A DNA stretch of 64,000 nt from Lysobacterales bacterium (lineage in GTDB: Bacteria; Pseudomonadota; Gammaproteobacteria; Xanthomonadales; Wenzhouxiangellaceae), in assembly GCA_034520805.1 (NCBI GenBank), contig JAXHNG010000008.1, positions 489,513 through 553,512 of the forward strand, written 5' to 3'. The notes below the pieces were generated by a model, which saw only the letters and a program-made list of their open reading frames with translations, was not told the DNA's origin and searched no databases. Every line of letters starts with the position of its first letter. Position 1 is the first letter of the stretch. The translations under genes and the position numbers were made by a program. This document shows, in pieces, positions 28,071-40,184 of this stretch.

Positions 28071-29065
28071 GGATGAGAAACCACAATGCCTTTCAGGCCC
28101 TGTTCCTCGTTCAACTCCTCGAGCAGGCGCTCGGCGTCGTCGCGTTCATCGTAGGCACCTACGCGGACGCGCCAGATGGTTCGACCGCCGGACTCTTCTT
28201 CGTGCATGAAGGCATCGTAGCCGGCCCCGCGCAGCTGCCCGGACAGTCGTTCAGCGTTATTGCGGCTGGCAAAGGAGCCGACCTGCACGGACAGGCCCTG
28301 ACGTGCCTGGCCGCCTGCATCGTCCGGGTTTTCACGCACGACCGGATCGACGCCGGCCACGGTAGCCGCGATCTGGCCGCGCGCCTGCTTGGCATCCGCC
28401 TCGGCTTCGTATGGACCGGTGCGCAGGCGAAACAACTCGGCCTGGTCGCGTACCAGCACGTCCATGCTCGTGCGGTGACCCAGGTCGACCAGGCGCTGGC
28501 GGATGGACTCGGCGGTCTCGCGGCTGCTGAATACCGCAACCTGGACGAGCCAGCGACCGTCAGCCGAGGAATCGGGCGCATCGGGGCCCGGCTCGGCCGC
28601 TTCCGGCGAGGCTTCGGGTTCGGGCTCATCTTCGGGCTCCGACGCGGCCTCTGCTTCGGAGCCGTCCTCGTCTAATCCTGCGCCCTGCGCGTTTTCGGGC
28701 TCGGCTTCGTAAGTGGCTTCGGGTTGGGACGCGGTCCCGGGCTCGGCTTCGACCGGCGCGAGCTCCTGCTGCCGCCGCGGTTCGGGTTCGGCAGGGGCGC
28801 CCGCCCCTGAACGCCGGGATTCGGATGATTCGTCTTCGCTTGGCTCGGCACGCGTCTCGCCCGGCGGCCGCCGGGCCTGATCGGGGTCCAACGCCAGGCG
28901 TCGAACCCGCCGATCACCGGATTCGCGCTCGGGCATATCGAGACTCAGTTCGCGCTGGTCGACGGCATCGTCTTCGCCGCTGTCGAACAACATGGGCAGG
29001 AAGATCACCGCCAGGGCGATCAGGATGCTGGCACCGACCAGCCGCTGTTTGAGAACCTTGTCCAT
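28067..29065 (-). CDS. dedD: DedD-like cell-division protein with two SPOR domains
   Basis: LKQRLVGA..L.ALAVIFLPM, acidic linker, two VQV..F SPOR units; folC-dedD-cvpA synteny. Confidence 0.85.
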   Translation of the reverse strand: MDKVLKQRLVGASILIALAVIFLPMLFDSGEDDAVDQRELSLDMPERESGDRRVRRLALDPDQARRPPGETRAEPSEDESSESRRSGAGAPAEPEPRRQQELAPVEAEPGTASQPEATYEAEPENAQGAGLDEDGSEAEAASEPEDEPEPEASPEAAEPGPDAPDSSADGRWLVQVAVFSSRETAESIRQRLVDLGHRTSMDVLVRDQAELFRLRTGPYEAEADAKQARGQIAATVAGVDPVVRENPDDAGGQARQGLSVQVGSFASRNNAERLSGQLRGAGYDAFMHEEESGGRTIWRVRVGAYDERDDAERLLEELNEEQGLKGIVVSHP

Positions 29066-29066
29066 A

Positions 29067-30341
29067 TCACTCAGCAAATTCGGGCCATGCTTCGGCCACC
29101 GTGAGGAAGGAACCGAAAACAACCACGCGGTCGTCGGGTCCGCTGTCGGCCAGCGCCCGCTCGAGCGCGGCAGATACGGATTCTACCGTTTCCACGCTGC
29201 CGGAAACAGGCGCGTGGCGAAGTTCGGCGGCGATCGCAGCAGCCGGCTGGGCCCGCTCGCCGTGCAGAGGTGCGACCAGCCAGCGCGAGAAACAGGCGTC
29301 GACCGCCCGCGCGATGCCGGCCACGTCCTTGCCGGCCAGGGCACTGAAAACGGCCGTGCTGCGCCCCGGAGACCCGTTCAATGCGCTCGCCAGGGCGCCG
29401 GCCGCCGCAGGATTGTGGGCCACGTCGAAGATGACCATCGGGTGCTCCCGAACGACCTGGTATCGCCCGGGCAGGCGCACCGCGCGCAGTCCCTCGGCCA
29501 GGTGTTCATCGCTCAGGGGTAGCCGTCCGGACAGCTCGCACAAGGCCAGAACGGCGCTGGCCGCGTTGGCGCGCTGCCATGGGCCGGCCAGGCCCGGCGG
29601 CGGCAACCGAAGCACGCGATCATCGTGACGAATACTCAGATCGTCATCGGCACCGGTGCCGTCGAGGTGCTCGGACACAAGGATTACCCGCGCACCGACC
29701 GATTCGAGGGCCTCGAAGAGACTGCCTGGCGGCTCGGGATCACCCACGACGACGGGCCGGCCGGTTCGCGCCACGCCGGCTTTCTCGACCGCAATGAGCT
29801 CGCGGGTGTCACCCAGGAACTCGGCGTGATCGATTCCGATCGAGGCAATCACGGCGACGTCGGCATCGAGAATGTTGACCGCATCGAGCCGGCCGCCCAG
29901 GCCAACTTCGAGCACGAGCGCATCGACTCCAGACTGCGCGGCCAGGCTAAACGCCGCCAGGGTCGTATGCTCGAAGTACGTGAGAGCAACCTCACCGCGG
30001 GCTTGCTCGACGTGATCGAGGGCGGCGACGATATCGGCCTCGGCGGCTTCATGGCCGCCGATACGCATTCGCTCGGAGAATCGCAGGATATGCGGCGAAG
30101 TATAGGCCAGCGGTCGATAGCTGCCGGCGATCAGCATCGCCTCGATCATGGCGACCACCGAGCCCTTGCCGTTGGTGCCGGCAACCGTGATCACGGGCAT
30201 CGACAGTTCGTCGCCCATTCGCTGCCAGACTTCGCGCACGCGTTCGAGCCCAAGCTCGATGCGCGAAGCCGGCGCACGACGTTCCAGCCGGGCGAGCCAG
30301 TCGGCCAGGGCAATCGGGTTCGGCTTGGGGTCGTTGCTCAA
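29067..30341 (-). CDS. folC: Folylpolyglutamate/dihydrofolate synthase
   Basis: VAGTNGKGS, YTSPH, EVGLGGRLDAVN, DVAHNP, FGSF. Confidence 0.96.
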   Translation of the reverse strand: MSNDPKPNPIALADWLARLERRAPASRIELGLERVREVWQRMGDELSMPVITVAGTNGKGSVVAMIEAMLIAGSYRPLAYTSPHILRFSERMRIGGHEAAEADIVAALDHVEQARGEVALTYFEHTTLAAFSLAAQSGVDALVLEVGLGGRLDAVNILDADVAVIASIGIDHAEFLGDTRELIAVEKAGVARTGRPVVVGDPEPPGSLFEALESVGARVILVSEHLDGTGADDDLSIRHDDRVLRLPPPGLAGPWQRANAASAVLALCELSGRLPLSDEHLAEGLRAVRLPGRYQVVREHPMVIFDVAHNPAAAGALASALNGSPGRSTAVFSALAGKDVAGIARAVDACFSRWLVAPLHGERAQPAAAIAAELRHAPVSGSVETVESVSAALERALADSGPDDRVVVFGSFLTVAEAWPEFAE

Positions 30342-30362
30342 GGCGGTTTCGGAGAATCCGGT

Positions 30363-31280
30363 CTACTGTTCTTCTTCGACTTCTTCGTCGACCAGTTCGC
30401 TCTCGCGGGCCTCGGCGGCGCGACGCGGGGCCATCAGCATGGTCAACAGGCCGTGGACACGCTGGCGCAATTCGCGCCGGTCGACGATCTGGTCGATAGC
30501 GCCCTTGTCGAGCAGGAACTCGGCGCGCTGGAAGCCCTCGGGCAACTTCTCGCGCACGGTCTGTTCGATCACGCGCGGGCCGGCAAAGCCGATCAGGGCG
30601 TTGGGCTCGGCCAGATTGATGTCGCCGAGCATGCCCAGGCTGGCCGATACGCCGCCGGTGGTCGGGTGCGTCAGCACGACGATGTAGGGCAGGCCTTCCT
30701 CGGCCATGCGCGCCAGTGCCGCGGAGGTCTTGGCCATCTGCATCAGTGAAAACAGGCCTTCCTGCATGCGCGCGCCGCCGGAGGCGGCAAAACACACCAG
30801 CGGCAGGCCGCGCTCGAGGCAATCCTGCGCGGCCAGCGCAAAACGCTCGCCGACAACCGAGCCCATCGAGCCGCCCATGAAGCGAAAGTCGAAAGCACAG
30901 GCGACGAGTTCCATTTCCAGCAGCTTGCCCCTGAGCGCCACGAGCGCGTCCTTCTCGCCGGTGGCCTTCTGGCTGGCGACCAGTCGATCGCGGTACTTCT
31001 TGGTGTCCTTGAACTTGAGTACGTCCCGCGGCGCCAGTTCCGCGCCGATCTCGACCTGCTCGCCCGCGTCGAGGAATGCCTCGATGCGGTCTCGGCCGGT
31101 CAGCATCATGTGATGGTCGCACTTGGGGCAGACGTTGAGGTTGCGCTCCAGTTCGGGCCGATACAGCACCGCTTCACAGGCCTTGCACTTCGTCCACAGG
31201 CCGTCGGGCACCTTGCGGCTCTTGTTGGCGCCTTCGGTGCGAATGCGCGCGGGCATCAGCTTCTGGAACCAGGTCGTCAT
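30363..31280 (-). CDS. accD: Acetyl-CoA carboxylase carboxyltransferase beta subunit
   Basis: CxxC..CxxC zinc finger, [24 protein letters not shown]. Confidence 0.97.
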   Translation of the reverse strand: MTTWFQKLMPARIRTEGANKSRKVPDGLWTKCKACEAVLYRPELERNLNVCPKCDHHMMLTGRDRIEAFLDAGEQVEIGAELAPRDVLKFKDTKKYRDRLVASQKATGEKDALVALRGKLLEMELVACAFDFRFMGGSMGSVVGERFALAAQDCLERGLPLVCFAASGGARMQEGLFSLMQMAKTSAALARMAEEGLPYIVVLTHPTTGGVSASLGMLGDINLAEPNALIGFAGPRVIEQTVREKLPEGFQRAEFLLDKGAIDQIVDRRELRQRVHGLLTMLMAPRRAAEARESELVDEEVEEEQ

Positions 31281-31281
31281 G

Positions 31282-32115
31282 TCAGGCGCTCACTGCGTTG
31301 CTTTTCGAAGAAGCAGTATTGTCCATGGCCTGACGGATGGGGGCAAGGTACTCGCGCGCGGCCTCGACCGCGGCGGCGGCCGAATCGGCCTTCCCCAGAC
31401 GTTCGACCAGGGCCGACCCGATGACCACCGCATCCGCGCTCTCGGCAGCGGCGGCGGCGTGTTCGGGCGTGCGGATGCCGAAGCCGACGGCAACCGGCAC
31501 GCCGGCAGCCGACCGGATCCGGTCGACCGCCGGCGCCAGCGACCCCGTATCGAGATTCGCCGCGCCGGTCACACCCTTGATCGTGACGTAGTAGAGGAAG
31601 CCGCCGGCCAGCGATGCCGCACGCTTGAGTCGCGAATCGGTGGTCGTGGGGGCAACCAGGAAAATCTGGTGCAGGTCCTGGCGAGCCAGCTCGGCGCGCA
31701 TTTCGTCGGCCTCGTCGGCCGGACAATCGACGATCAGCAGGCCGTCGACACCGGCGGCCGCGGCTTCCTCGCTGAAGCGGGCCACACCGCGCCGCTCGAT
31801 CGGGTTGGCATAGCCCATCAGGACAACGGGCGTATGCGGGTCGCTTCGCCGAAACTCGGCCACCATCGCGAGCACCTGTTCGAGCCCGGTACCCTGTTCC
31901 AGCGACCGCGCGCAGGCTTCCTGGATAACCGGCCCGTCGGCCATGACATCGGAAAACGGCATGCCCACCTCGATCAGGTCGGCGCCCGCTTCGACGGCCG
32001 CATGCAGCACCGGCACGGTTGAATCCGGCGTTGGGTAACCGGCCGTCACATAAGGGATGAGGGCGCAACGCCCGCGCTGTCGAAGATCCTCGAATCTAGC
32101 GTCGATACGGTTCAA
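31282..32115 (-). CDS. trpA: Tryptophan synthase alpha chain
   Basis: [33 protein letters not shown]. Confidence 0.96.
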   Translation of the reverse strand: MNRIDARFEDLRQRGRCALIPYVTAGYPTPDSTVPVLHAAVEAGADLIEVGMPFSDVMADGPVIQEACARSLEQGTGLEQVLAMVAEFRRSDPHTPVVLMGYANPIERRGVARFSEEAAAAGVDGLLIVDCPADEADEMRAELARQDLHQIFLVAPTTTDSRLKRAASLAGGFLYYVTIKGVTGAANLDTGSLAPAVDRIRSAAGVPVAVGFGIRTPEHAAAAAESADAVVIGSALVERLGKADSAAAAVEAAREYLAPIRQAMDNTASSKSNAVSA

Positions 32116-33335
32116 AGCGTCATTCCTTCCATATCTGCCACGGTGTTGATGTCCTTGTCGCCCCGGCCGGAGAGATTGATAAGGATGATTTCTTCGGGGT
32201 CGCGCTCCGCCGCCAGCTTCATGCCGTAGGCAATGGCGTGAGCCGACTCGAGCGCCGGCATGATGCCCTCCGAGCGGGTCAGCTCGTGGAAGGCGGCCAT
32301 GGCCGCTTCATCGTCGATGCCGACGTACTCCGCGCGCCCGGTGTCCTTCAGCCAGGCATGCTCGGGACCGACCCCGGGGTAGTCGAGACCGGCCGAGACC
32401 GAGTGCGTGTCGGTGATCTGGCCGGCGTCGTCGTCGAGCAGGTAGGTACGCGAACCGTGCAGCACGCCGACCCTTCCGGCACACAGGCTGGCGGCGTGCT
32501 CGTGGCCAGACAGGCCGCGGCCGGCCGCCTCGACGCCGTACATGGCCACCTCCTCGTCGCCGATGAAGGGATGGAACAGCCCGATGGCGTTCGAGCCGCC
32601 GCCGACACAGGCGACCAGGGCATCCGGAAGCCGGCCGTATTCCTCGCGCATCTGGCGGCGCGCCTCGCGCCCGACCACGGCGTTGAAATCGCGCACCATG
32701 GCGGGGTAAGGATGCGGGCCGGCGACCGTGCCGAGCACGTAGAAGGTGTCGTCGACGTTGGTGACCCAGTCACGCATGGCTTCGTTGAGCGCATCCTTGA
32801 GCGTCTTCGAGCCGGCCTCGACACTGACCACTTCGGCGCCGAGCAGCTTCATGCGGAAGACGTTGACCGACTGGCGCTTGATGTCGTCAGAGCCCATGTA
32901 GACCACGCATTCCATACCCAGGCGCGCCGCCACGGTGGCGGTGGCCACGCCGTGCTGGCCCGCGCCGGTTTCGGCGATTACGCGCTGCTTGCCCATGGCC
33001 TGCGCCAGCAGGGCTTGGCCGACGGTATTGTTGATCTTGTGCGCACCGGTGTGGTTGAGATCCTCGCGCTTGAGCACGATTTTCGCGCCGCCCATCTTGC
33101 GCGTCAGGTTCTCGGCGAAATACAGCGGCGAGGGCCGGCCCACGAAGTGCGTCAGATCCGAGTCGAGCTGCGCCATGAAATCATCGTCGGCGATGTAGTG
33201 ACGCCAGGCGGCTTCAAGCTCCTCGAGCGCGGCCATCAGGGTCTCTGAGACGAAGCGCCCGCCGAACACACCGAAGTGGCCGCCGGCGTCGGGCAACTGG
33301 GTTTCAAACACTGTCTTCTCGGCTGCTTCAGCCAT
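32112..33335 (-). CDS. trpB: Tryptophan synthase beta chain
   Basis: [47 protein letters not shown]. Confidence 0.97.
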   Translation of the reverse strand: MAEAAEKTVFETQLPDAGGHFGVFGGRFVSETLMAALEELEAAWRHYIADDDFMAQLDSDLTHFVGRPSPLYFAENLTRKMGGAKIVLKREDLNHTGAHKINNTVGQALLAQAMGKQRVIAETGAGQHGVATATVAARLGMECVVYMGSDDIKRQSVNVFRMKLLGAEVVSVEAGSKTLKDALNEAMRDWVTNVDDTFYVLGTVAGPHPYPAMVRDFNAVVGREARRQMREEYGRLPDALVACVGGGSNAIGLFHPFIGDEEVAMYGVEAAGRGLSGHEHAASLCAGRVGVLHGSRTYLLDDDAGQITDTHSVSAGLDYPGVGPEHAWLKDTGRAEYVGIDDEAAMAAFHELTRSEGIMPALESAHAIAYGMKLAAERDPEEIILINLSGRGDKDINTVADMEGMTL

Positions 33336-33933
33336 GTTTCACCGCCTTGATAAAGTCACGAATCAGCTTATCACTCTTGATGCCGGGGCGGACCTCCACC
33401 CCGCTTGAAACGTCCACCGCGTCGGGCTTCAGCCGCGCGCAGGCTTCGCCCGCATTGGCCGGATCGAGCCCACCGGCCAGCACCCACGGGCGCGGGATTT
33501 GCGGCACCCGATCCCAGTCGAAGCGCCTGCCGCTGCCGCCGGCCTGGCCGGGCGCGTGCGCGTCGAGCAGCAGGGCGTCGGCCTGGTCGAACTCGCCGGG
33601 ATCGTCGGGGCGCTCGCCGCCCATTGCCAGCGCCTTCATCCAGGGCCGACCGAACTGTCGGCAGAAGTCCTGGCGCTCGCGGCCATGGAACTGGAGCCAG
33701 TCGAGCGGCACCCGAGCAAGCGTCTCCTCGACCATCTCGCCCGGCGTATCCATGAACAGGCCGACCCGTGTAACGAAAGGCGGCAGCGCCCGGCAAATGG
33801 CGCGCGCACGCTCGGTATCGATACGGCGGCTGCTGCGTTCAGCGAACACCAGACCGATCGCATCGGCGCCGGCATCGGCGGCCGCCAGGGCGTCGGCGAT
33901 GCGCGTGATGCCGCAGATCTTGACTCGAATCAT
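33328..33933 (-). CDS. trpF: Phosphoribosylanthranilate isomerase
   Basis: [31 protein letters not shown]. Confidence 0.96.
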   Translation of the reverse strand: MIRVKICGITRIADALAAADAGADAIGLVFAERSSRRIDTERARAICRALPPFVTRVGLFMDTPGEMVEETLARVPLDWLQFHGRERQDFCRQFGRPWMKALAMGGERPDDPGEFDQADALLLDAHAPGQAGGSGRRFDWDRVPQIPRPWVLAGGLDPANAGEACARLKPDAVDVSSGVEVRPGIKSDKLIRDFIKAVKHG

Positions 33934-33986
33934 CCTGCTTTCCGATATGAATTCATGAACACCGCAGGGCTTGCCGAGACTGCAAA

Positions 33987-34781
33987 CTAGCGGCTGTCGT
34001 CGCGCGGCGGAAAGTCGATCACCCTGCCGATCGGCAGCTGGGGATAATCCGGATACGTCGGCGCCACGAAGTAAAGCCCGTCCGAAGGCGCCGTCGGGCC
34101 AGCCAGCGTGCGATCGACCGCCGCCAGCACCTCGCCGGGCCAGGTCACGGGCCGCTCGCCCTTGCCGACCGGAATCAGCGTTCCAGCCACGTTACGCACC
34201 ATATGGTAGACGAAGGCGTTGGCCTCGATGTCAACGGTCACTTCGCTTCCCTGACGCGTCACCGACAGATGGTGGATTTCGCGAACGGGCGATTTGGCCT
34301 GGCAGCCCACGGCGCGGAAGCTCGAGAAATCGTGCTCTCCCAGCAGGGCCCGGGCAGCCGCATGCATGCGTTCGGCGTCGAGCGGTTGGCGAACCCAGGC
34401 GACGCGCCCGCGCTCGATCGCCGGGCGAACCCAGCGGTTGAGCATGCGGTAACGATAGCGGCGGCGGGTCGCTGAAAAGCGGGCGTGGAATTCATCGTCG
34501 ACGGGTCGAACCCAGAGCACCGAAATGCCCGGGTGAAGATGCGTGTTGGTGCCGAGTACCCAGGCGCGCTCGCGTCGCTCGGCCTGCGTGTCGAAATGCA
34601 CGACCTGGCAATGCGCGTGCACCCCCGTATCGGTGCGGCCGGCGCAATGCACGGCAACCGGGTGGTCGGCCACCCGGCTCAGCGCGGTTTCGAGGCAGGC
34701 CTGTACTGTCGGCGACTGACGCTGCGTCTGCCAGCCGTAGAAACCGCTGCCGTCATACTCGATGCCGGCGGCCAGCCGCAT
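33987..34781 (-). CDS. truA: tRNA pseudouridine(38-40) synthase
   Basis: EYDGS.F.GWQ, AGRTDTGVHA, FHARFSA, HDFSSFR, HMVRN. Confidence 0.96.
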   Translation of the reverse strand: MRLAAGIEYDGSGFYGWQTQRQSPTVQACLETALSRVADHPVAVHCAGRTDTGVHAHCQVVHFDTQAERRERAWVLGTNTHLHPGISVLWVRPVDDEFHARFSATRRRYRYRMLNRWVRPAIERGRVAWVRQPLDAERMHAAARALLGEHDFSSFRAVGCQAKSPVREIHHLSVTRQGSEVTVDIEANAFVYHMVRNVAGTLIPVGKGERPVTWPGEVLAAVDRTLAGPTAPSDGLYFVAPTYPDYPQLPIGRVIDFPPRDDSR

Positions 34782-34802
34782 TCTGGTGTGCCCCGTCAGC
34801 GA

Positions 34803-37682
34803 TCAGACAATGCTGTCGAGCAGCTTCTTGGCTTCGGCACGCTTGTCCTCGCTGCCGTCGCTGATCACTTCCTCGAGCACCGAGCGGGCCGAATCGGCCA
34901 GGTCCACCGAGATGTAGGCACGGGCCAGGTCGAGCTTGACGTCGGCGTCCTCATCGCTGAGCGAACCGCCGGCCGCCGCAGGTTCCTCGGTCGCTTCAGG
35001 CTCGGCGGGCTCGAGCGAGTCATCCGCCTTGGGTGTTTCGTCACCCGCTTCGGCCTCGGACGGCTCACCCGCTGTCCCGGGCGCCTCGCCCAGATCGAAA
35101 TCGAGCCCCTCCTCGGAAGCGGACGACTCGACGTCCTCGACATCCGAGCTCAGTTCGAAGTCGAGGTCCTCGGTTTCGCGGGTGCCGGACTCGCCGAAGA
35201 CCTCGTCGGCTTCCTGCTCGCGCGACGACTCGAGGTCCAGGTCCGGTTCGGGGGCATTGTCGTCCTCGAGCTCGACCGGCGCTTCGGAGTGTTCATCCTC
35301 GCGCGCATCGGTCGCATCACCCACGCTGTACTCGTCGATTTCCTTGAACGAGCCGAAGTCGGCGTCGTCCCGGTCTTCGTCCAGCGAATGATCGCTACCC
35401 GGCTCCTTGGACGGATCGTCCAGGCGCTCGGACAGGACAGCAAGATCCATGTCTTCGTCGAAGGTGTCTTCACGGCCCGACTCGGCCTTGTCGCGATCGC
35501 TTTCGCCCTGTGGCGCGCGCTCAGCCTCTTCGTCTCCCGCCCCGAGATTGAAGATCTCCTCATCAGCTTCCGATTCGTCGGAATCCAACCGCGCCGGCTC
35601 ATCGGACTCGCTCTCGTCGACATCGAGCATGCCGAACATCTCGTCGGCGCGCCGATCGAAATCCTCGTCTTCGTCCAGCGAAGACTCACGCGGGGTCAGC
35701 AGCGGATGGTCGGGCACGTGGACCGACGCCAGCGACAGTGCCTCCTGCCATTCGGGCGCGGATTCGTCGTCGACCTCCTGGTACATCTGATCGAAGGCGT
35801 CGGTGAATTCCTGTTCCCGGCCCTCGTCGGCAAGCACCTTCAGCAGGGCCAGGTGGGCCGCGAGGTCATCGGGATTGCGCGCCACCGAGGCGCGCGCGGA
35901 GTCGACTGCATCGCTGCCGCCCAGCGTCGGCTCCGACCGCCCCCCGTCCTCGCGACGACGGCGCAACCAGACCAGAGCGGCCAGACCCAGCACAACGACC
36001 AGCAGGATACCCAGTGCCGGCCACAACCAAGCCATCAGCCCACTCGAGCTGGTGCGCGTGACCGTCATCGGACGCTGAGCTTCCTGCTCATCGCCGGCTT
36101 CATCGCCGGCCTCGTCCATGCCCGCCTCGGCCTGTTCGCCGGCGGCAAGCTCATCAGCCTGTTCGTCTGCTGCCTGCTCGTCGGGCGCAGCCGCATCAGC
36201 GGCGTCGGTATCTCCGGCGGCTTCATCGCCGTCGTCGGCCGCCCCGTCCGCTTCGGCCATTGCCTCGTCAGCGTCAGCGTCAGGGTCAGCGGCATCCCCT
36301 TCCCCGGCACCGAACTCCTCTTCCAGTTCGCTCATGTAGTCGGCGATCTGGTCACCTTCTTCACTGTCGGTGGCCTGCTCGCCGCCGTCGGACTGAGCCA
36401 GGCGCTCCTGCTCGGCGCGCGCTTCGCGTGCCTCGCGCAGCCGCGCCTCGAGCTCGGCCAGTGACTCCTCGGCTACAGCCAGGCCGGCCATATCGCGGCG
36501 CTCGAGCGCATCGCGAACTTCCGCGACATGCTCGTCGAAGGCGGGATTGTCCAGATCCTCGGCGATGATCGCTTCCTCGACCTCGGCCAACTGATCACTT
36601 ACGCGCTGGATTTCACCCTCGGCGACCGCCGAGCTTTCCGAGTACTGATCGTCCTCGGGCGGCACGACATCGAGCCGGAATTCCCCATCGTCTTCGGCGG
36701 CCGTCGCGCGCTCGTCTTCGGCGGGCTCGTCCGGGGCCTCGGCCATATCGTCAGGCTGGGACGCAGCGGATTCCGGCATGGCAGCATCGGAGACGACGGG
36801 GACGTCTTCGGCTACCGCCGGCTGCCAGGCGCGCATGTGCTCGCGCACGCGCCGCTCGGCGTCAGCGCGATCGACCGCACGGGCGTCGTCGACACCGGGC
36901 ATGTCCAGCTCGGCACCACTGCGCAGGCGATTGATGTTCTCGCCCTGGAACGCTTCGCGGTTGCGATTGAAGATCGCCAGCATCACCTGGTCCATGCTCA
37001 GGCTGCTGTCGGGGCGCCAGTCCTGCGCAATGCTCCACAACGTGTCGCCATCAGAGACGGCAACGGAATCGGAACCACGCGAGGCGGGCGCCGGATCGGT
37101 CGGCTGCTCGGCCGGCTTGCTCGAAGCGGGGCGCTGCGCAGGCTCGGCGGGTTCAACGGGCCGGCGGGTCTGGCGTTCTTGCTCCGCGGGGGCTGCGGCA
37201 GGCTCTGATGCCGGCTCGGTACGGGGTTCGGCCGCCGGCTGGCTGACTTCACGCGCCGGCGCGGCCGATTCCCTCACCGGCGGATCCAGGAACAGCGTGT
37301 ATTCGCGCAGGACGCGCCCGCTCGACCAGCGCGCGTCGATGAGAATCTGTACAACAGGGTCGCGCACCGGGCGCTGGGAACGAACCCGCACCACCGGCGG
37401 CGACATGCTGCGGTCGACCGTGACCTCCAGCCCCAGCCCCAGCGACTGGCTCGGGACGCCGAGGCGTTCGAAGTCTTCCAGCGACGCCGGTCCCACGCTG
37501 ACCGACTCGATGGCCTGGGACTCGACCTCGAGCAGGCGGATGGAAACGTCCAGCGGCTGGCCGAGCCAGGAATCGACACGGGCCTCCCCAAGCCCGAGCG
37601 CCCGCAGCCCGTCAGCCGGGAACAACAAGATGAGTGCGCCCAGCAGGACTGGTGCGATCAGTCGAACAGCGTTATTGGCCAT
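34803..37682 (-). CDS. fimV: FimV/HubP polar landmark protein
   Basis: LGLGE..V.S.LGQPL, REYTLFLDP, LysM-like GDTLWSIA, one TM, long acidic region, C-terminal KLDLARAY. Confidence 0.92.
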   Translation of the reverse strand: MANNAVRLIAPVLLGALILLFPADGLRALGLGEARVDSWLGQPLDVSIRLLEVESQAIESVSVGPASLEDFERLGVPSQSLGLGLEVTVDRSMSPPVVRVRSQRPVRDPVVQILIDARWSSGRVLREYTLFLDPPVRESAAPAREVSQPAAEPRTEPASEPAAAPAEQERQTRRPVEPAEPAQRPASSKPAEQPTDPAPASRGSDSVAVSDGDTLWSIAQDWRPDSSLSMDQVMLAIFNRNREAFQGENINRLRSGAELDMPGVDDARAVDRADAERRVREHMRAWQPAVAEDVPVVSDAAMPESAASQPDDMAEAPDEPAEDERATAAEDDGEFRLDVVPPEDDQYSESSAVAEGEIQRVSDQLAEVEEAIIAEDLDNPAFDEHVAEVRDALERRDMAGLAVAEESLAELEARLREAREARAEQERLAQSDGGEQATDSEEGDQIADYMSELEEEFGAGEGDAADPDADADEAMAEADGAADDGDEAAGDTDAADAAAPDEQAADEQADELAAGEQAEAGMDEAGDEAGDEQEAQRPMTVTRTSSSGLMAWLWPALGILLVVVLGLAALVWLRRRREDGGRSEPTLGGSDAVDSARASVARNPDDLAAHLALLKVLADEGREQEFTDAFDQMYQEVDDESAPEWQEALSLASVHVPDHPLLTPRESSLDEDEDFDRRADEMFGMLDVDESESDEPARLDSDESEADEEIFNLGAGDEEAERAPQGESDRDKAESGREDTFDEDMDLAVLSERLDDPSKEPGSDHSLDEDRDDADFGSFKEIDEYSVGDATDAREDEHSEAPVELEDDNAPEPDLDLESSREQEADEVFGESGTRETEDLDFELSSDVEDVESSASEEGLDFDLGEAPGTAGEPSEAEAGDETPKADDSLEPAEPEATEEPAAAGGSLSDEDADVKLDLARAYISVDLADSARSVLEEVISDGSEDKRAEAKKLLDSIV

Positions 37683-37756
37683 GAGCGCCGATTCCCTCTA
37701 ATGCTTGACAAAATTATTTCAATTCAAGCGAGTATACCAATGTCTTCACACGATGC

Positions 37757-37781
37757 GAAAGCGCCGCGGTGACGCGGCGCC
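37757..37781 (-). terminator. Possible intrinsic terminator after asd
   Basis: GCGCCGCG-tcac-CGCGGCGC stem followed by only TTT on the minus strand. Confidence 0.45.
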
Positions 37782-37813
37782 CAGGAAAGCCCTCGAAAGT
37801 TTCTGCCGAGATA

Positions 37814-38836
<1,023 letters not shown>

Positions 38837-38876
38837 CTGATTGCGTGTTGCTCTCTTTGGGTTTGGGTGTCCGGGA

Positions 38877-38955
38877 GGAGTCAGGATTCAGGGGTCGGGG
38901 GTCAGGGAAAAACCGGACAGCCGGCAACCTGATCCCTGACCCCTGAATCCTGACC
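38877..38955. repeat. Inverted heptamer-repeat pair between aroC and asd
   Basis: ggagtca ggattca ggggtcg ggggtca ... cctgatc cctgacc cctgaat cctgacc. Confidence 0.8.
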
Positions 38956-38963
38956 GCTGCCCT

Positions 38964-40058
38964 TCACGTCGGGATGCGCGGGGTCTGCTCTGGCACGTCG
39001 CCGCACTGGGCGCGGTCGAGCAGGTAGTGATCCATGATCACCAGGGCCAGCATGGCCTCGACGATCGGCACCGCGCGAATCCCGACACAAGGGTCATGGC
39101 GTCCGGTGGTCACGATTTCAACCGGCTCGCCCCGGATATCAACGGTTTTGCCGGGCAATCGCAGCGAAGAAGTCGGCTTGAAGGCTACCGCGCACTCGAC
39201 CGGCTGGCCGGTGGAAATGCCCCCCAGAACGCCGCCGGCGTGGTTGGATTCGAAGCCTTCGGGCGTGATCTCGTCGCGGTGCTCGGTGCCCTTCTGCGCC
39301 ACCGAGCGGAACCCGGCTCCGATCTCCACGCCCTTGGTCGCGTTGATGCTCATCATCGCCGCGGCCAGGTCGCCGTCTAGCTTGGCGTAGACCGGCGCAC
39401 CCAGTCCGACCGGCACGCCGGTCGCGCGGGCCTTGACCAGCGCACCCACCGAGTCGCCCGATTTCCACAGCTTCTTCATGTAATCCTCGAGCGCCTCGAT
39501 TCGGGAGGCATCGGGACAAAAGAACGGATTGGTGTCGATCACCGCCGGATCAAACTGCTCGTCGCAAACCTCCTCGCCGATCTGCCCCAGCCAGCCGGTG
39601 ATCTCGACGCCGAGCTTGTCCTTGAGATACTTCCGCGCCAACGCCCCAGCCGCCACCCGCATGGCCGTCTCGCGCGCCGAAGACCGCCCACCACCGCGGT
39701 AGTCGCGAATCCCGTACTTGTGGTGGTAGGTGTAATCGGCGTGCCCGGGCCGAAACTGGTCGGCGATCTTCGAGTAATCCTTGGACTTCGCGTCGGTGTT
39801 GTAGATCAACAGCGCAATCGGCGAGCCGGTCGTCTTGCCCTCGAAGGTGCCCGAGAGAATCTGAACGTCCTCGGCCTCCTTGCGCTGCGACGTCCAGCGG
39901 CTCTGCCCGGTCGCACGACGCATCAGCTCGTCGCGGATCTCCTCGGCGGTTATTTCCATGCCAGGCGGAAAGCCGTCAATCACGCAGCCGATCGCGGGCC
40001 CGTGGCTTTCACCGAAGGTCGTTAGCGTCAGTACTCGGCCGAAAGAGTTGGTGGACAT
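38964..40058 (-). CDS. aroC: Chorismate synthase
   Basis: [38 protein letters not shown]. Confidence 0.97.
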   Translation of the reverse strand: MSTNSFGRVLTLTTFGESHGPAIGCVIDGFPPGMEITAEEIRDELMRRATGQSRWTSQRKEAEDVQILSGTFEGKTTGSPIALLIYNTDAKSKDYSKIADQFRPGHADYTYHHKYGIRDYRGGGRSSARETAMRVAAGALARKYLKDKLGVEITGWLGQIGEEVCDEQFDPAVIDTNPFFCPDASRIEALEDYMKKLWKSGDSVGALVKARATGVPVGLGAPVYAKLDGDLAAAMMSINATKGVEIGAGFRSVAQKGTEHRDEITPEGFESNHAGGVLGGISTGQPVECAVAFKPTSSLRLPGKTVDIRGEPVEIVTTGRHDPCVGIRAVPIVEAMLALVIMDHYLLDRAQCGDVPEQTPRIPT

Positions 40059-40064
40059 GGCGCG

Positions 40065-40184
40065 GGGGTCAGGGGTCAGGGGTCAGGGGTCAGGGGTCAG
40101 GGGTCAGGGGTCAGGGGTCAGAATGATGCCGCTTTGCTCTAGCAAAGCCAACCTGAATCCTGACCCCTGAATCCTGAATCCTCA
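40065..40184. repeat. (GGGGTCA)8 tandem array plus inverted heptamer arm
   Basis: Eight perfect units 40065-40120; spacer with gctttgct/agcaaagc hairpin; cctgaat cctgacc cctgaat cctgaat cctca at 40152-40184. Confidence 0.9.

Noticed and set aside
34485-36464. 659-aa + strand ORF
   Set aside because: Antisense shadow of the acidic FimV region
40065-40120. Tandem array considered as CRISPR
   Set aside because: 7-nt units with no unique spacers between them and no cas genes
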